From positions 1 through 48,697 of the forward strand of contig JBJDXJ010000025.1 of assembly GCA_051866635.1 (NCBI GenBank): a stretch of 48,697 nt of DNA, read 5' to 3'. Under the pieces are notes generated by a model that searched no databases, was not told the origin of the DNA, and was given only the letters and a program-made list of their open reading frames with translations. This document shows, one piece after another, positions 32,333 to 40,685 of this stretch. Positions within the stretch are counted from its first letter, which is position 1. The number at the start of each line of letters is the position of its first letter. The position numbers and the translations under genes were made by a program. The DNA comes from Clostridia bacterium. GTDB lineage: Bacteria; Bacillota; Clostridia; UMGS1883.

Positions 32333-32674
32333 ATGGATATTTTAAAATCTATCACACAGGATCAGCTCAGATCCGACCTTCCCGAACTTAACATTGGTGA
32401 TACAATTAAGCTTTATGTTAAGGTAAAAGAAGGTGCTAAGGAGAGAATTCAGATGTTCGAAGGAACAATCATCTCCAAGAAGCATGGCGGTATTCAAGAG
32501 ACAATCACAGTAAGAAGAGTATCTTACGGTGTTGGCGTTGAAAGAACTTTCCCCGTAAATTCTCCCTCTATCGACAGAATTGAAAAGGTTAGAAGCGGTA
32601 AGGTTCGTCGTGCTAAGCTCTACTACCTCAGAGACAGAGTTGGTAAGGCTGCTAAGGTTAAGGAAAAGATCTAA
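32333..32674 (+). CDS. rplS: 50S ribosomal protein L19
   Basis: [37 protein letters not shown]. Confidence 0.98.
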   Translation: MDILKSITQDQLRSDLPELNIGDTIKLYVKVKEGAKERIQMFEGTIISKKHGGIQETITVRRVSYGVGVERTFPVNSPSIDRIEKVRSGKVRRAKLYYLRDRVGKAAKVKEKI

Positions 32675-32730
32675 GTCCCTTTTTCCGGGGAAGGATAGCC
32701 TTCCCCGGTGGGGTTAACCTTAACAATTTA

Positions 32731-32846
32731 ATATTCTTCGGGGCGGGGTGTAATTCCCCACCGGCAGTGATAGTCTGCGACCCACTTTTGTGGCTGATGG
32801 GGTGCAATTCCTCAACCGACGGTATAGTCCGGATGTGAGAAGATGT
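32731..32846 (+). ncRNA. FMN riboswitch (RFN element)
   Basis: TCTTCGGGGCGGGGTGTAATTCCCCACCGGC...GA..GGTGCAATTCC...ACCGACGGTATAGTCCGGATGTGAGAAGA; upstream of an ECF S-component gene. Confidence 0.95.
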
Positions 32847-32881
32847 GTGTACGAAATATGTTTTTCGTTTTATTTGATTAC

Positions 32882-32910
32882 AAAAGCTCCGTATTATACG
32901 GAGCTTTTTT
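32882..32910 (+). terminator. Riboswitch expression-platform terminator
   Basis: AAAAGCTCCGTAT-T-ATACGGAGCTTTTTT. Confidence 0.8.
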
Positions 32911-33015
32911 CACATTTTGGGAAATTTCCCATTTTCTGCAATGTGAAAAATAAATTTTATTTAAAAGCAGCATGGACGAAGCGTATCGTCCTTTTAAGAA
33001 AGGAGCAAACAAATC

Positions 33016-33603
33016 ATGAAAATTAACAGAACAAGAAAATTAACATCAGCGGCAATGCTTGGTGCAATAGGTGCACTGCTTATGTTTATCCAAATTCCAA
33101 TAGGTATTATGCCCGCCTTTATAAAGCTTGACATATCGGAACTGCCTGCACTTATTGCCTCTATGGCATTAGGTCCCTGGTGGGGCGTGGCTGTGTGCGG
33201 ACTGAAAAACGCTCTGCACCTTTTAAACACTACAACAAGTGGCGTAGGTGAGCTCAGTAATTTTATTTTAGGTGCCTCCTTCGTTATCCCCGTTGGGCTG
33301 ATTTACAAGCATAACAAAACAAAAAAGACTGCCATTATAAGCCTTTTGGTGGGCTGTTTAACTATGGCGGCTATGGGATTTTTCTCTAATTATTTTATTG
33401 TTTATCCCTTATATGACATGTTTGTGGTAAAAATGGATGCTATTATTGGAATGTACAGAGCAATCCTTCCCTCCTGTGACTCATTGGCTGAATGTTTACT
33501 TATTTTCAACGTTCCCTTTACTTTTGTAAAAGGTGCGATTTGTTCAATTATAACAATTGTGATTTATAAAAGGGTTTCACGCCTTATTAAGGGAACAGTG
33601 TGA
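33016..33603 (+). CDS. ribU: ECF transporter S component, riboflavin (RibU)
   Basis: FIKLDISELPALI...GP..G..V..LKN, GVGELSNF, PFTFVKG; preceded by the FMN riboswitch. Confidence 0.88.
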   Translation: MKINRTRKLTSAAMLGAIGALLMFIQIPIGIMPAFIKLDISELPALIASMALGPWWGVAVCGLKNALHLLNTTTSGVGELSNFILGASFVIPVGLIYKHNKTKKTAIISLLVGCLTMAAMGFFSNYFIVYPLYDMFVVKMDAIIGMYRAILPSCDSLAECLLIFNVPFTFVKGAICSIITIVIYKRVSRLIKGTV

Positions 33604-33630
33604 ATAAATACATAAAAAGGGGCAATACTT
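33602..33630 (+). promoter_or_regulatory. Possible sigmaF-type sporulation promoter of spoIIR
   Basis: GAATA ... GGCAATACTT resembles the sigmaF consensus (spacer 14 bp, slightly short); spoIIR is sigmaF-controlled in Bacillus and Clostridium. Confidence 0.45.
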
Positions 33631-33655
33631 CATTTATAACAAGGAGTTGATATAT

Positions 33656-34213
33656 TTGAAGAAATTTGCCTTAAGTGTGTTGATAGGTACATTAATTACA
33701 AGCTGTATTGTTTGTTATTCTCAGGGTTTGTCAGAAGAATTATCGCAGGACATTGTCCGCCTTCACGTAATTGCCCAAAGTGACAGCAAGGAGGACCAGA
33801 AGGTTAAACTGATGGTCCGTGACAGTGTTCTTAAAGAAGTGGGCAAAATTGAAAAAAAGGAAGATATTGAAAAAAATCTCCCTTTAATAGAAGAATGTGC
33901 AAATAAGGTTTTATGCGACAACGGCTTTGACTATAAAGCAAAGGTACAATTTGGGGTTTTTACTTTCCCCACAAAGTATTATGACGGCTTTGCTCTGCCC
34001 AAAGGGGAATATGAAGCCGTAAGGGTTATCTTAGGGGAGGGAAAGGGCGAAAACTGGTGGTGCGTGTTGTTTCCGCCATTATGCATGGTAGATGCCGCAA
34101 CCGATGAACAAACAGACCTTTTAAAAGAAACCTTTGGTAAAAACTATGCTGTTGTAACAGATGAAAAACCACAATTTAATATTAAATTTAAACTTGCGGA
34201 AATGTTTTCTTAG
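33656..34213 (+). CDS. spoIIR: Stage II sporulation protein R
   Basis: RLHVIAQSDS.EDQ.VKL.VRD, FPTK.Y, LP.GEYEAVRVILGEGKGENWWCVLFPPLC; TTG 33656 has better SD spacing than 33647. Confidence 0.95.
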   Translation: MKKFALSVLIGTLITSCIVCYSQGLSEELSQDIVRLHVIAQSDSKEDQKVKLMVRDSVLKEVGKIEKKEDIEKNLPLIEECANKVLCDNGFDYKAKVQFGVFTFPTKYYDGFALPKGEYEAVRVILGEGKGENWWCVLFPPLCMVDAATDEQTDLLKETFGKNYAVVTDEKPQFNIKFKLAEMFS

Positions 34214-34270
34214 TAAAAACAGACCCTATGGTGAAACTCAAGATATTGGAATTATTTTCATCATAAATAG

Positions 34271-34299
34271 TTGTCAAAATTTAAAAAGTGTATTATAAT
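34271..34299 (+). promoter_or_regulatory. sigmaA promoter of the LRR gene
   Basis: TTGTCA, 17 bp spacer, TATAAT. Confidence 0.7.
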
Positions 34300-34358
34300 G
34301 GATGTATTATATTGTGTCCGTTATAATACACCTTTAAATTATAGGGAGGAATTTACTT

Positions 34359-35879
34359 ATGAAAAAGAGAATTTTTAGTTTGTTTCTCGCAATCTGTATG
34401 ATTGTAAGTTTAATGACAGGCATTACGCTTACAGTAAGTGCGGAAACAAGCGGCACCTGCGGAGAAAATCTGACATGGATCCTTGATGACGATGGCACGC
34501 TTACTATAAGCGGCACCGGTGAAATGGATAATTGGTCATATTACACGCGTACACCGTGGGATTCGTTAGATGGACAAATCGTAAGTGTAACAATAGAAAG
34601 TGGCGTGACGAGTATCGGTAATTATGCGTTTTTCGGCTGTAGCGGCTTAACAAGCATAACAATCCCCAGTAGCGTTACAAGTATTGGTGATTATGCGTTT
34701 TTCCGCTGCAACAGTTTAACAAGTATAACAATCCCCGGCAGCGTTACAAGTATAGGTAATTCTGCGTTTTCATTTTGCGTGGGCTTAATAAATATAACAA
34801 TACCTGACAGCGTTACAAGTATTGGTAATTCTGCGTTTTACAACTGCAATAATTTAACAAGCATAACAATCCCCGGCAGCGTTACAAGTATTGGTGATTA
34901 TGCGTTTTTCCGCTGCAACAGTTTAACAAGTATAACAATCCCCGGCAGCGTGACGAGTATCGGTAATTATGCATTTTCAGGCGTCATGAGATTAACAAGC
35001 GTGACAATCCCTGCCAGCGTGACGAGTATCGGTGGCGGTGCATTTTACTACTGCGTGAGCTTATCAAGCATAATAGTAGATCGCAATAATGAAAACTATT
35101 CATCACTTAACGGAAATCTTTTTAATAAAAATCAAACAAAATTGATACAGTACGCAATAGGGAAACAAGATGCTCACTATACAATCCCCGGCAGCGTTAC
35201 GAGTATCGGTTATTCTGCGTTTGAATACTGTGGTAGCTTAACAAGCGTGACAATCCCTGATAGCGTTACGAGTATCGGTTATTCTGCGTTTAGATACTGT
35301 AGCGGCTTGAAAAGTATAACAATCCCTGACAGCGTTACAAGTATTGGTGATTATGCATTTTCAGGCGGCAACAGCTTAACAAGCGTGACAATACCAGGTA
35401 GCGTAACGAGTATCGGTGACGGTGCATTTTACGGCTGCTTGAGCTTGACAAACATAACAGTTGACAGCGATAATGAAAACTATTCGTCACTTAACGGAAA
35501 TCTGTTTGATAAAAATCAAACAGAATTGATACAGTACGCAATAGCAAAACAGGATGCTCACTATACAATCCCAGACAGCGTGACGAGTATCGATTGTTCT
35601 GCATTTTACGGCTGCTCGAGCTTAACAAGCGTAACAATACCCGGCAGCGTGACGAGTATCGGTGAGTGGGCGTTTTTCTACTGCAATAACTTAACCGACA
35701 TAACAATCCCAGACAGCGTGAAAAGCATCGGTTATTCCGCGTTTTACGGCTGTGATAACTTGAAAGATGTATACTATACAGGCAGTGAGGAACAGTGGGG
35801 AGAAATCAGTGTTTCTTCCGGAAATGAATATTTGACAAATGCGACAATACGTTATTCCGGAAATGAAACCCCTGTCTGA
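34359..35879 (+). CDS. Secreted BspA/TpLRR-type leucine-rich repeat protein
   Basis: Signal peptide, SGTCGENLTW.L..DGTLTISGTG cap, 14 repeats of SVTSIGxxAFxxCxxLTSITIP, C-cap LKDVYYTGSEEQW. Confidence 0.92.
   Translation: MKKRIFSLFLAICMIVSLMTGITLTVSAETSGTCGENLTWILDDDGTLTISGTGEMDNWSYYTRTPWDSLDGQIVSVTIESGVTSIGNYAFFGCSGLTSITIPSSVTSIGDYAFFRCNSLTSITIPGSVTSIGNSAFSFCVGLINITIPDSVTSIGNSAFYNCNNLTSITIPGSVTSIGDYAFFRCNSLTSITIPGSVTSIGNYAFSGVMRLTSVTIPASVTSIGGGAFYYCVSLSSIIVDRNNENYSSLNGNLFNKNQTKLIQYAIGKQDAHYTIPGSVTSIGYSAFEYCGSLTSVTIPDSVTSIGYSAFRYCSGLKSITIPDSVTSIGDYAFSGGNSLTSVTIPGSVTSIGDGAFYGCLSLTNITVDSDNENYSSLNGNLFDKNQTELIQYAIAKQDAHYTIPDSVTSIDCSAFYGCSSLTSVTIPGSVTSIGEWAFFYCNNLTDITIPDSVKSIGYSAFYGCDNLKDVYYTGSEEQWGEISVSSGNEYLTNATIRYSGNETPV
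34602..35776 (+). repeat. 69-bp tandem coding repeat array with two long-insert units
   Basis: Units 34671-34739 and 34878-34946 are identical; a higher-order duplication has a 384-bp offset (e.g. GAAAACTATTC at 35091 and 35475). Confidence 0.92.
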
Positions 35880-35926
35880 CGGCTGCTTTATTTAAGTAAA
35901 AATCAAAATAGCCAATTGTTTTAACC

Positions 35927-35955
35927 TTGACTAAACAGACGAAAAAGCATATAAT
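35927..35955 (+). promoter_or_regulatory. sigmaA promoter of trmB
   Basis: TTGACT, 17 bp spacer, TATAAT. Confidence 0.7.
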
Positions 35956-35983
35956 ATATTTTAAAATATATTATATGCTTTTT
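35942..35983. repeat. Perfect 42-bp palindrome
   Basis: AAAAAGCATATAATATATTTT|AAAATATATTATATGCTTTTT with no spacer. Confidence 0.9.
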
Positions 35984-35996
35984 TTGGAGAGAAAAA

Positions 35997-36626
35997 ATGA
36001 GACAGAGAAACCGTAAACATTTAGACGAAAGACTTAATATGTGTGGGGACCTTTATTCTGACAATGCGGATATACTTGATGAAGAATTTTTAAACCACCA
36101 CCCACTTCATATGGAAATAGGTTGCGGTAAGGGCAGGTTTATAACAACTCTTGCAAAAAACAACCCTGGTATAAACTACATAGCAAGCGAAATGATTGCA
36201 AACATTATTGTGCTTGCGGCTGAAAAGGCAAAGGAAATGGAAATAAACAACATAAGGTTTATTTCAGGCAATGTTCAGTATATGGCAGATGCACTTCCTG
36301 AGGCTTCCGTTGACAGGATTTATCTTAATTTTTCTGACCCATGGCCAAAGGACAGGCATGCAAAAAGAAGGCTTACGCATAAAAACTTTTTGGATTTGTA
36401 CAGAAAAATTCTTGCTCCCGATGGGGAAATTCACTTTAAGACGGACAATAGACCACTTTTTGACTTTTCCTTGGAAAGTTTTCGTGAAAACGGCTGGGAG
36501 CTTGATGAAGTGACGTATGATTTGCATAACTCCGGTTTTGAAGGTAACATTATGACAGAATATGAAGAAAAGTTTTCGGGATTAGGCTTTACAATAAACA
36601 GGTTAGTTGCAAGAAGAAAAAAATAA
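35997..36626 (+). CDS. trmB: tRNA (guanine-N7)-methyltransferase
   Basis: EIGCGKG, YLNFSDPWPK.RHAKRRLT, FKTDN, TEYEEKF. Confidence 0.97.
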   Translation: MRQRNRKHLDERLNMCGDLYSDNADILDEEFLNHHPLHMEIGCGKGRFITTLAKNNPGINYIASEMIANIIVLAAEKAKEMEINNIRFISGNVQYMADALPEASVDRIYLNFSDPWPKDRHAKRRLTHKNFLDLYRKILAPDGEIHFKTDNRPLFDFSLESFRENGWELDEVTYDLHNSGFEGNIMTEYEEKFSGLGFTINRLVARRKK

Positions 36627-36659
36627 AACGACAACTTTCTTATCGAAAATTGTCGTTTT
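36625..36659. terminator. Bidirectional terminator between trmB and tRNA-Leu
   Basis: AAAACGACAA / TTGTCGTTTT arms. Confidence 0.7.
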
Positions 36660-36662
36660 ATC

Positions 36663-36750
36663 TGGTGCCCGAGACCGGAATCGAACCGGTACGGCTTTAA
36701 GGGCCGCAGGATTTTAAGTCCTGTGCGTCTGCCAGTTCCGCCACTCGGGC
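36663..36750 (-). tRNA. tRNA-Leu(TAA)
   Basis: Minus strand GCCCGAG...CAGGA-CTTAAAA-TCCTG...GGTTCGATTCC...CTCGGGCACCA; long variable arm. Confidence 0.95.
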
Positions 36751-36760
36751 AAGCAAGAGT

Positions 36761-36789
36761 ATTATAGCAAAAAATTTTCATATTGTCAA
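36761..36789 (-). promoter_or_regulatory. Consensus sigmaA promoter of tRNA-Leu
   Basis: Minus strand TTGACA, 17 bp spacer, TATAAT with TG extension. Confidence 0.8.
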
Positions 36790-36816
36790 CAACAAAAAAA
36801 GGATTGAACTGTAAAA

Positions 36817-37896
36817 ATGAAAAAATTTACGGATTATTATTGTGCGACCGTCCTTGGCACGGGCAACAATAACGGAATTTATTTAAAAAGCGACACCGAA
36901 TATATTTTCAAAAGCTACTATAAGCTAAGAGCAGAGGGTGAAAACACCTTCAGGCTTTTCTTCATTAATGAAGTTGAAAGCACAGGTAACTTCCGCATAG
37001 GTAAAAAGGGTGACAGCTATACAATAAAGCATGCCTATGCCGCATTTTCCCGGGACAAAAACACCGAAGAAAATAAGGTTGACATTACCTTTGATTTATC
37101 TGAAGAGAAAAAAGTGGAAGTGGGCGAGAGGTTTTCAACGGATGAATTTGTCTTTGATTACAAAAAAGAGGGCTATATGGTTTTAACCTTTGTGGTAAAA
37201 ACGGACAGCCGTGCATTTTTACCCTCCACAAATGAAAGTGCCTCAACAGGCAGAATTTTTGAAAACGGCAAAGAAATATGGTCGGATAATTTCTCTTTAA
37301 GACCTATATTTATTGGCGTAATAAAAGACAAAGAGAAAACCGTGGGCTTTATGGGCGACTCCATCACACAAGGCACAAGAACAACTCCCGATGCCTATGA
37401 AGCATGGACCCACAGGATAGGTAACAGCTTTAAAGAAAATATCAGCTTCTGGAATTTGGGCTTGGGCTGGGCAAGAGCATACGACGGTGCAGAAAACGGT
37501 ATAATTATTGAAAAAGGTGCAATGTGTGACGAAGTCTTTGTCTGCTACGGTGTTAACGACTTAAAGTCAGGTGGCAGAGAAGCAGACTGCGTTATAAATG
37601 ACCTTAAGAAAATAAAAGAAAACCTAAAGAGTCGTAATGAAAACATAATTGTGCACTTTTTAACCGTTCCCCCCTTTAACATGAGCGGATATGAAGAAGC
37701 ACAAAGAAAAGAAATAAATAAGTTTATTAAAACAACGGAAAATTATTTTGACATAGCAGCCTTTCTTGAAAAAGATGACAGCGGCAGTGTTATAAAAGAA
37801 TACATGGCAGGCGAAGATGATGCCCATCCTAACGGATTGGGCGGAGAAAGTGTATTTTCAGGCTTTGAAAAGTGGCGGGAGAGTAGCAAATGGTAA
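36817..37896 (+). CDS. SGNH/GDSL hydrolase
   Basis: GDSITQG (block I), NLGLG, YGVND, DAHPN. Confidence 0.88.
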   Translation: MKKFTDYYCATVLGTGNNNGIYLKSDTEYIFKSYYKLRAEGENTFRLFFINEVESTGNFRIGKKGDSYTIKHAYAAFSRDKNTEENKVDITFDLSEEKKVEVGERFSTDEFVFDYKKEGYMVLTFVVKTDSRAFLPSTNESASTGRIFENGKEIWSDNFSLRPIFIGVIKDKEKTVGFMGDSITQGTRTTPDAYEAWTHRIGNSFKENISFWNLGLGWARAYDGAENGIIIEKGAMCDEVFVCYGVNDLKSGGREADCVINDLKKIKENLKSRNENIIVHFLTVPPFNMSGYEEAQRKEINKFIKTTENYFDIAAFLEKDDSGSVIKEYMAGEDDAHPNGLGGESVFSGFEKWRESSKW

Positions 37897-38342
37897 AAAA
37901 GATTGTTCTGTGGATATTGGTCATTTCTTGCATGGTGATGATTTTTTCCTTTTCCGCACAGGAAAGCAGCGAGTCGGGAGATTTAAGCCGGTCTTTTATA
38001 AGCACAATACTTAAATTCTTTAACATAAAGGTAGAATATGACACATTGGAAATTTTAGATTTTGCAACAAGGAAGCTGGCACACTTTTCCGTATATGCAC
38101 TTTTGGGCTTTCTTATATACCTTTTAATGAAAGTAGCTTATTCAATCACCACATGGAAAAGCGTTATTTTATCGCCCGTATTTTCGGCACTTTATGCAGC
38201 TACGGACGAATTTCATCAGCTTTTTGTGTCAGGCAGAAGCGGTCGGATACAGGATGTGTTCATCGATTTTTCCGGTGCAGTGTTCGGCATGGCAGTAGGA
38301 TGGGTTGCGATTCAGATTGTGGGGAGAATAAAAAATGGTTGA
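37890..38342 (+). CDS. VanZ family membrane protein
   Basis: IFSFSAQ....S..LS, RKLAHFSVYA.LG, YAATDEFHQLFVSGRSG...DV.ID. Confidence 0.9.
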   Translation: MVKKIVLWILVISCMVMIFSFSAQESSESGDLSRSFISTILKFFNIKVEYDTLEILDFATRKLAHFSVYALLGFLIYLLMKVAYSITTWKSVILSPVFSALYAATDEFHQLFVSGRSGRIQDVFIDFSGAVFGMAVGWVAIQIVGRIKNG

Positions 38343-39051
38343 TTTACATTCACATGTGCTTTTCGGCATTGATGACGGTGCAGAAAATATTGAAATGACC
38401 CTTGAAATATTAAAAGAGGCAGAAAAAATCGGCATAGAAAAAATTATGGCGACCCCTCATTTCTCCATTGGTGACAATGTGGAGGAATTTATCCGTATAA
38501 GGGATGAAAGAGTAAAGGCTGTCCGTGATATGATTGATACGAAAGGCATTGACATAAAAATAAAAGCGGGGGCTGAGGTTTATATAACCGATGAAGTTTT
38601 TGGTGAGGACAACCTTGGTCGTCTTACATTAGGGGAAAGTAGGGTAATACTCTGCGAATTTAAGTATCACAATTTATCCCCTCACACTTTTTTGGATTAT
38701 ATTGACTGTATCATAGATGAAGGGTTCATCCCCCTTATTGCCCATGTGGAGCGTTATTCCTTTGTGAGGAAGAACCCCGGGCTGATTGGTGCACTTTTGT
38801 CCAGAAATGCACTTTTACAGGTTAATGCCATAAGCCTTTTTACGGACGAAGATGAAGGCGACTTTGCCCGTGAGCTTTATGAAAATAAAGTTATCTATAC
38901 TTTAGGAAGCGATGTACACAATGTGCCCTCAAAAAGGTATAAGGCAGTGGAAAAGCTTGGGAGAATTGACAATGATTATATAACAAGGTTACTTAATTCT
39001 AACCCTGATTGTATTTTTGAAAATAAAGAAACGGAACGGAGATGGATGTAA
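38335..39051 (+). CDS. CpsB/YwqE-like PHP-family protein-tyrosine phosphatase
   Basis: DLHSHVLFGIDDGA, ATPH, IAHVERY, LQVNA, GSDVH. Confidence 0.88.
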   Translation: MVDLHSHVLFGIDDGAENIEMTLEILKEAEKIGIEKIMATPHFSIGDNVEEFIRIRDERVKAVRDMIDTKGIDIKIKAGAEVYITDEVFGEDNLGRLTLGESRVILCEFKYHNLSPHTFLDYIDCIIDEGFIPLIAHVERYSFVRKNPGLIGALLSRNALLQVNAISLFTDEDEGDFARELYENKVIYTLGSDVHNVPSKRYKAVEKLGRIDNDYITRLLNSNPDCIFENKETERRWM

Positions 39052-39914
39052 TGAATATTACAATAGTTGGTCTTGGTCTTATTGGCGGAAGTTTGGCAAA
39101 GGCTTTGAAAGGTTACCCCAATACTGCAGTTTACGGTATTAACCACCGTCAGAGCGTTGTGGACATGGCAATTGCAGACAGAGTTATTGCAAACAGCGGT
39201 GAAACGGATGATGAAATCCTTAGTAAAAGTGATATTGTTGTCCTTTGCTTATACCCCTCCTTGTGTGTGGACTTTGTAAAGGAGCATATAAATAGCTTTA
39301 AAAAGGGTGCACTTTTGACAGATGTGTGCGGTATCAAGGAGAAATTCGTAAAGGATATAAATAGCGTTATCCGCCCAGATATGGAATTTGTAGGTGCACA
39401 CCCTATGGCAGGCAGAGAAGTGTACGGCTATGTGAACAGCCTTCCCACACTTTTTAAAAATTGTAATTTCTTAGTTACGCCTACTCCCGAAAACAGTGAA
39501 AAAGCAATACTTGAAATTGAAAAAATAGCAAAATACATCGGTGCAAAAAAGGTTGTCAGAATTTCACCTCACGACCACGACGAAATGATTGCGTATACAA
39601 GCCAGCTTATGCATGTTATTGCCGTTGCACTTTGTGACAACAAACATATTGAGATTGCATCCTCTTTTGCGGCAGGGTCCCTTCGTGACTGTACACGTGT
39701 TGCGGTTATTAACGAAGTGCTTTGGAGCGAGCTTTTCATCGAAAACAAGGATGCCCTTTGTATACTTATTGACGAATTAAAGGAAAGCCTTGACAGAATG
39801 GAAAGGGCAATCAAAGAAGAAGATTACGACACTTTAAAGGCAATTATGAAGCGTGCTACAGAAGCAAAACTTAAATATTTAAACGGCGAAACACATATGC
39901 AGCCGTTAACGTAA
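39051..39914 (+). CDS. tyrA: Prephenate dehydrogenase
   Basis: IVGLGLIGGSLAKA, TDVCGIK, HPMAGRE, HDEMIAYTSQLMH, RDCTRVA; start 39051 (TAATG overlap) preferred over 39042. Confidence 0.93.
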   Translation: MNITIVGLGLIGGSLAKALKGYPNTAVYGINHRQSVVDMAIADRVIANSGETDDEILSKSDIVVLCLYPSLCVDFVKEHINSFKKGALLTDVCGIKEKFVKDINSVIRPDMEFVGAHPMAGREVYGYVNSLPTLFKNCNFLVTPTPENSEKAILEIEKIAKYIGAKKVVRISPHDHDEMIAYTSQLMHVIAVALCDNKHIEIASSFAAGSLRDCTRVAVINEVLWSELFIENKDALCILIDELKESLDRMERAIKEEDYDTLKAIMKRATEAKLKYLNGETHMQPLT

Positions 39915-39952
39915 AATGAGCGTGTCTCACCGAGACACGCTCATTTTACGTT
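39908..39952. terminator. Perfect 21-bp inverted repeat between convergent genes
   Basis: AACGTAAAATGAGCGTGTCTC-ACC-GAGACACGCTCATTTTACGTT. Confidence 0.8.
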
Positions 39953-39955
39953 TTT

Positions 39956-40552
39956 CTATATTTTTGCCCTTAATTCCGTAACACGTCCTAATATTGTAAC
40001 GGGAGTGTTTTCCACCTCCTGTGGTGTGAAAAACAAAGGCTCATAATCTGAATTTAAAGGCATAAGGATAATCCCCGATTCCTTTTTTATTATCTTTTTC
40101 ACCGTTGCATCACCTGTACCCACCAGTGCAACACATATATCACCGCTTGTAAAGTCAGACTGCTTTTGTACGATAACTGTGTCCCCTTCCATCAATCTGG
40201 GAGCCATACTGTTGCCCTTTATACGCAGTGCAAAAAAATCCTTTTTCTTGTTTTCCGGTATAACAATATCTTCAAAGCCGATAACTTCTTCAACAGCTTC
40301 TGTGGGAACACCTGCACGCACATATCCTAAAACGGGAATTTGAAATGAATTTTTGTCAAACTTATTCCCCGTTAAATAATCAATGCTCACAGAAAAAATT
40401 TCCGCTATTTTAACAAGGCTTGTATGTTCCGGGTTGTTTTTGCCCTTTTCCCACATGGCAATTGTGGATTGTCCGAGCCCCAATAAATCAGCTAATTTTT
40501 GCTGGGACATATTGTGACTTTTCCTAAGCTCCTTTAATTTTTCCCCAAACAT
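39956..40552 (-). CDS. cI-like repressor: XRE HTH plus S24 autopeptidase
   Basis: MFGEKLKELRK..MSQQKLA..QSTIAMWEKG HTH; cleavage site VRAG, catalytic Ser (GNSM) and Lys (ATVKK); start at ATG 40552 after GGGGAGG. Confidence 0.9.
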   Translation of the reverse strand: MFGEKLKELRKSHNMSQQKLADLLGLGQSTIAMWEKGKNNPEHTSLVKIAEIFSVSIDYLTGNKFDKNSFQIPVLGYVRAGVPTEAVEEVIGFEDIVIPENKKKDFFALRIKGNSMAPRLMEGDTVIVQKQSDFTSGDICVALVGTGDATVKKIIKKESGIILMPLNSDYEPLFFTPQEVENTPVTILGRVTELRAKI

Positions 40553-40615
40553 ACAAAAACCTCCCCTGTACAATTTTTTGTACCTTTTTATCACACATTG
40601 TCGTTTTATGTCATA

Positions 40616-40643
40616 ATTATATCACAAGAAATGATAAAGTCAA
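40616..40643 (-). promoter_or_regulatory. Repressor-gene promoter with an operator in its spacer
   Basis: Minus strand TTGACT, 16 bp spacer, TATAAT (TG extension); operator TATCACAAGAAATGATA at 40620-40636. Confidence 0.7.
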
Positions 40644-40685
40644 GGGGAAAGACACTAAAAACCACGAAAAATATTGTTTTAAATG

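Noticed and set aside
34602-35776. Regularly spaced repeats with variable inserts that could be mistaken for a CRISPR array
   Set aside because: The 69-bp period is in frame within a signal-peptide-bearing ORF, the variable parts are a few codons rather than unique spacers, and there are no cas genes.
36627-36750. tRNA-Leu (and the Thr/Tyr tRNAs) as integration sites of an island
   Set aside because: No integrase and no duplicated tRNA 3' end noticed in the window; the flanking genes are housekeeping.
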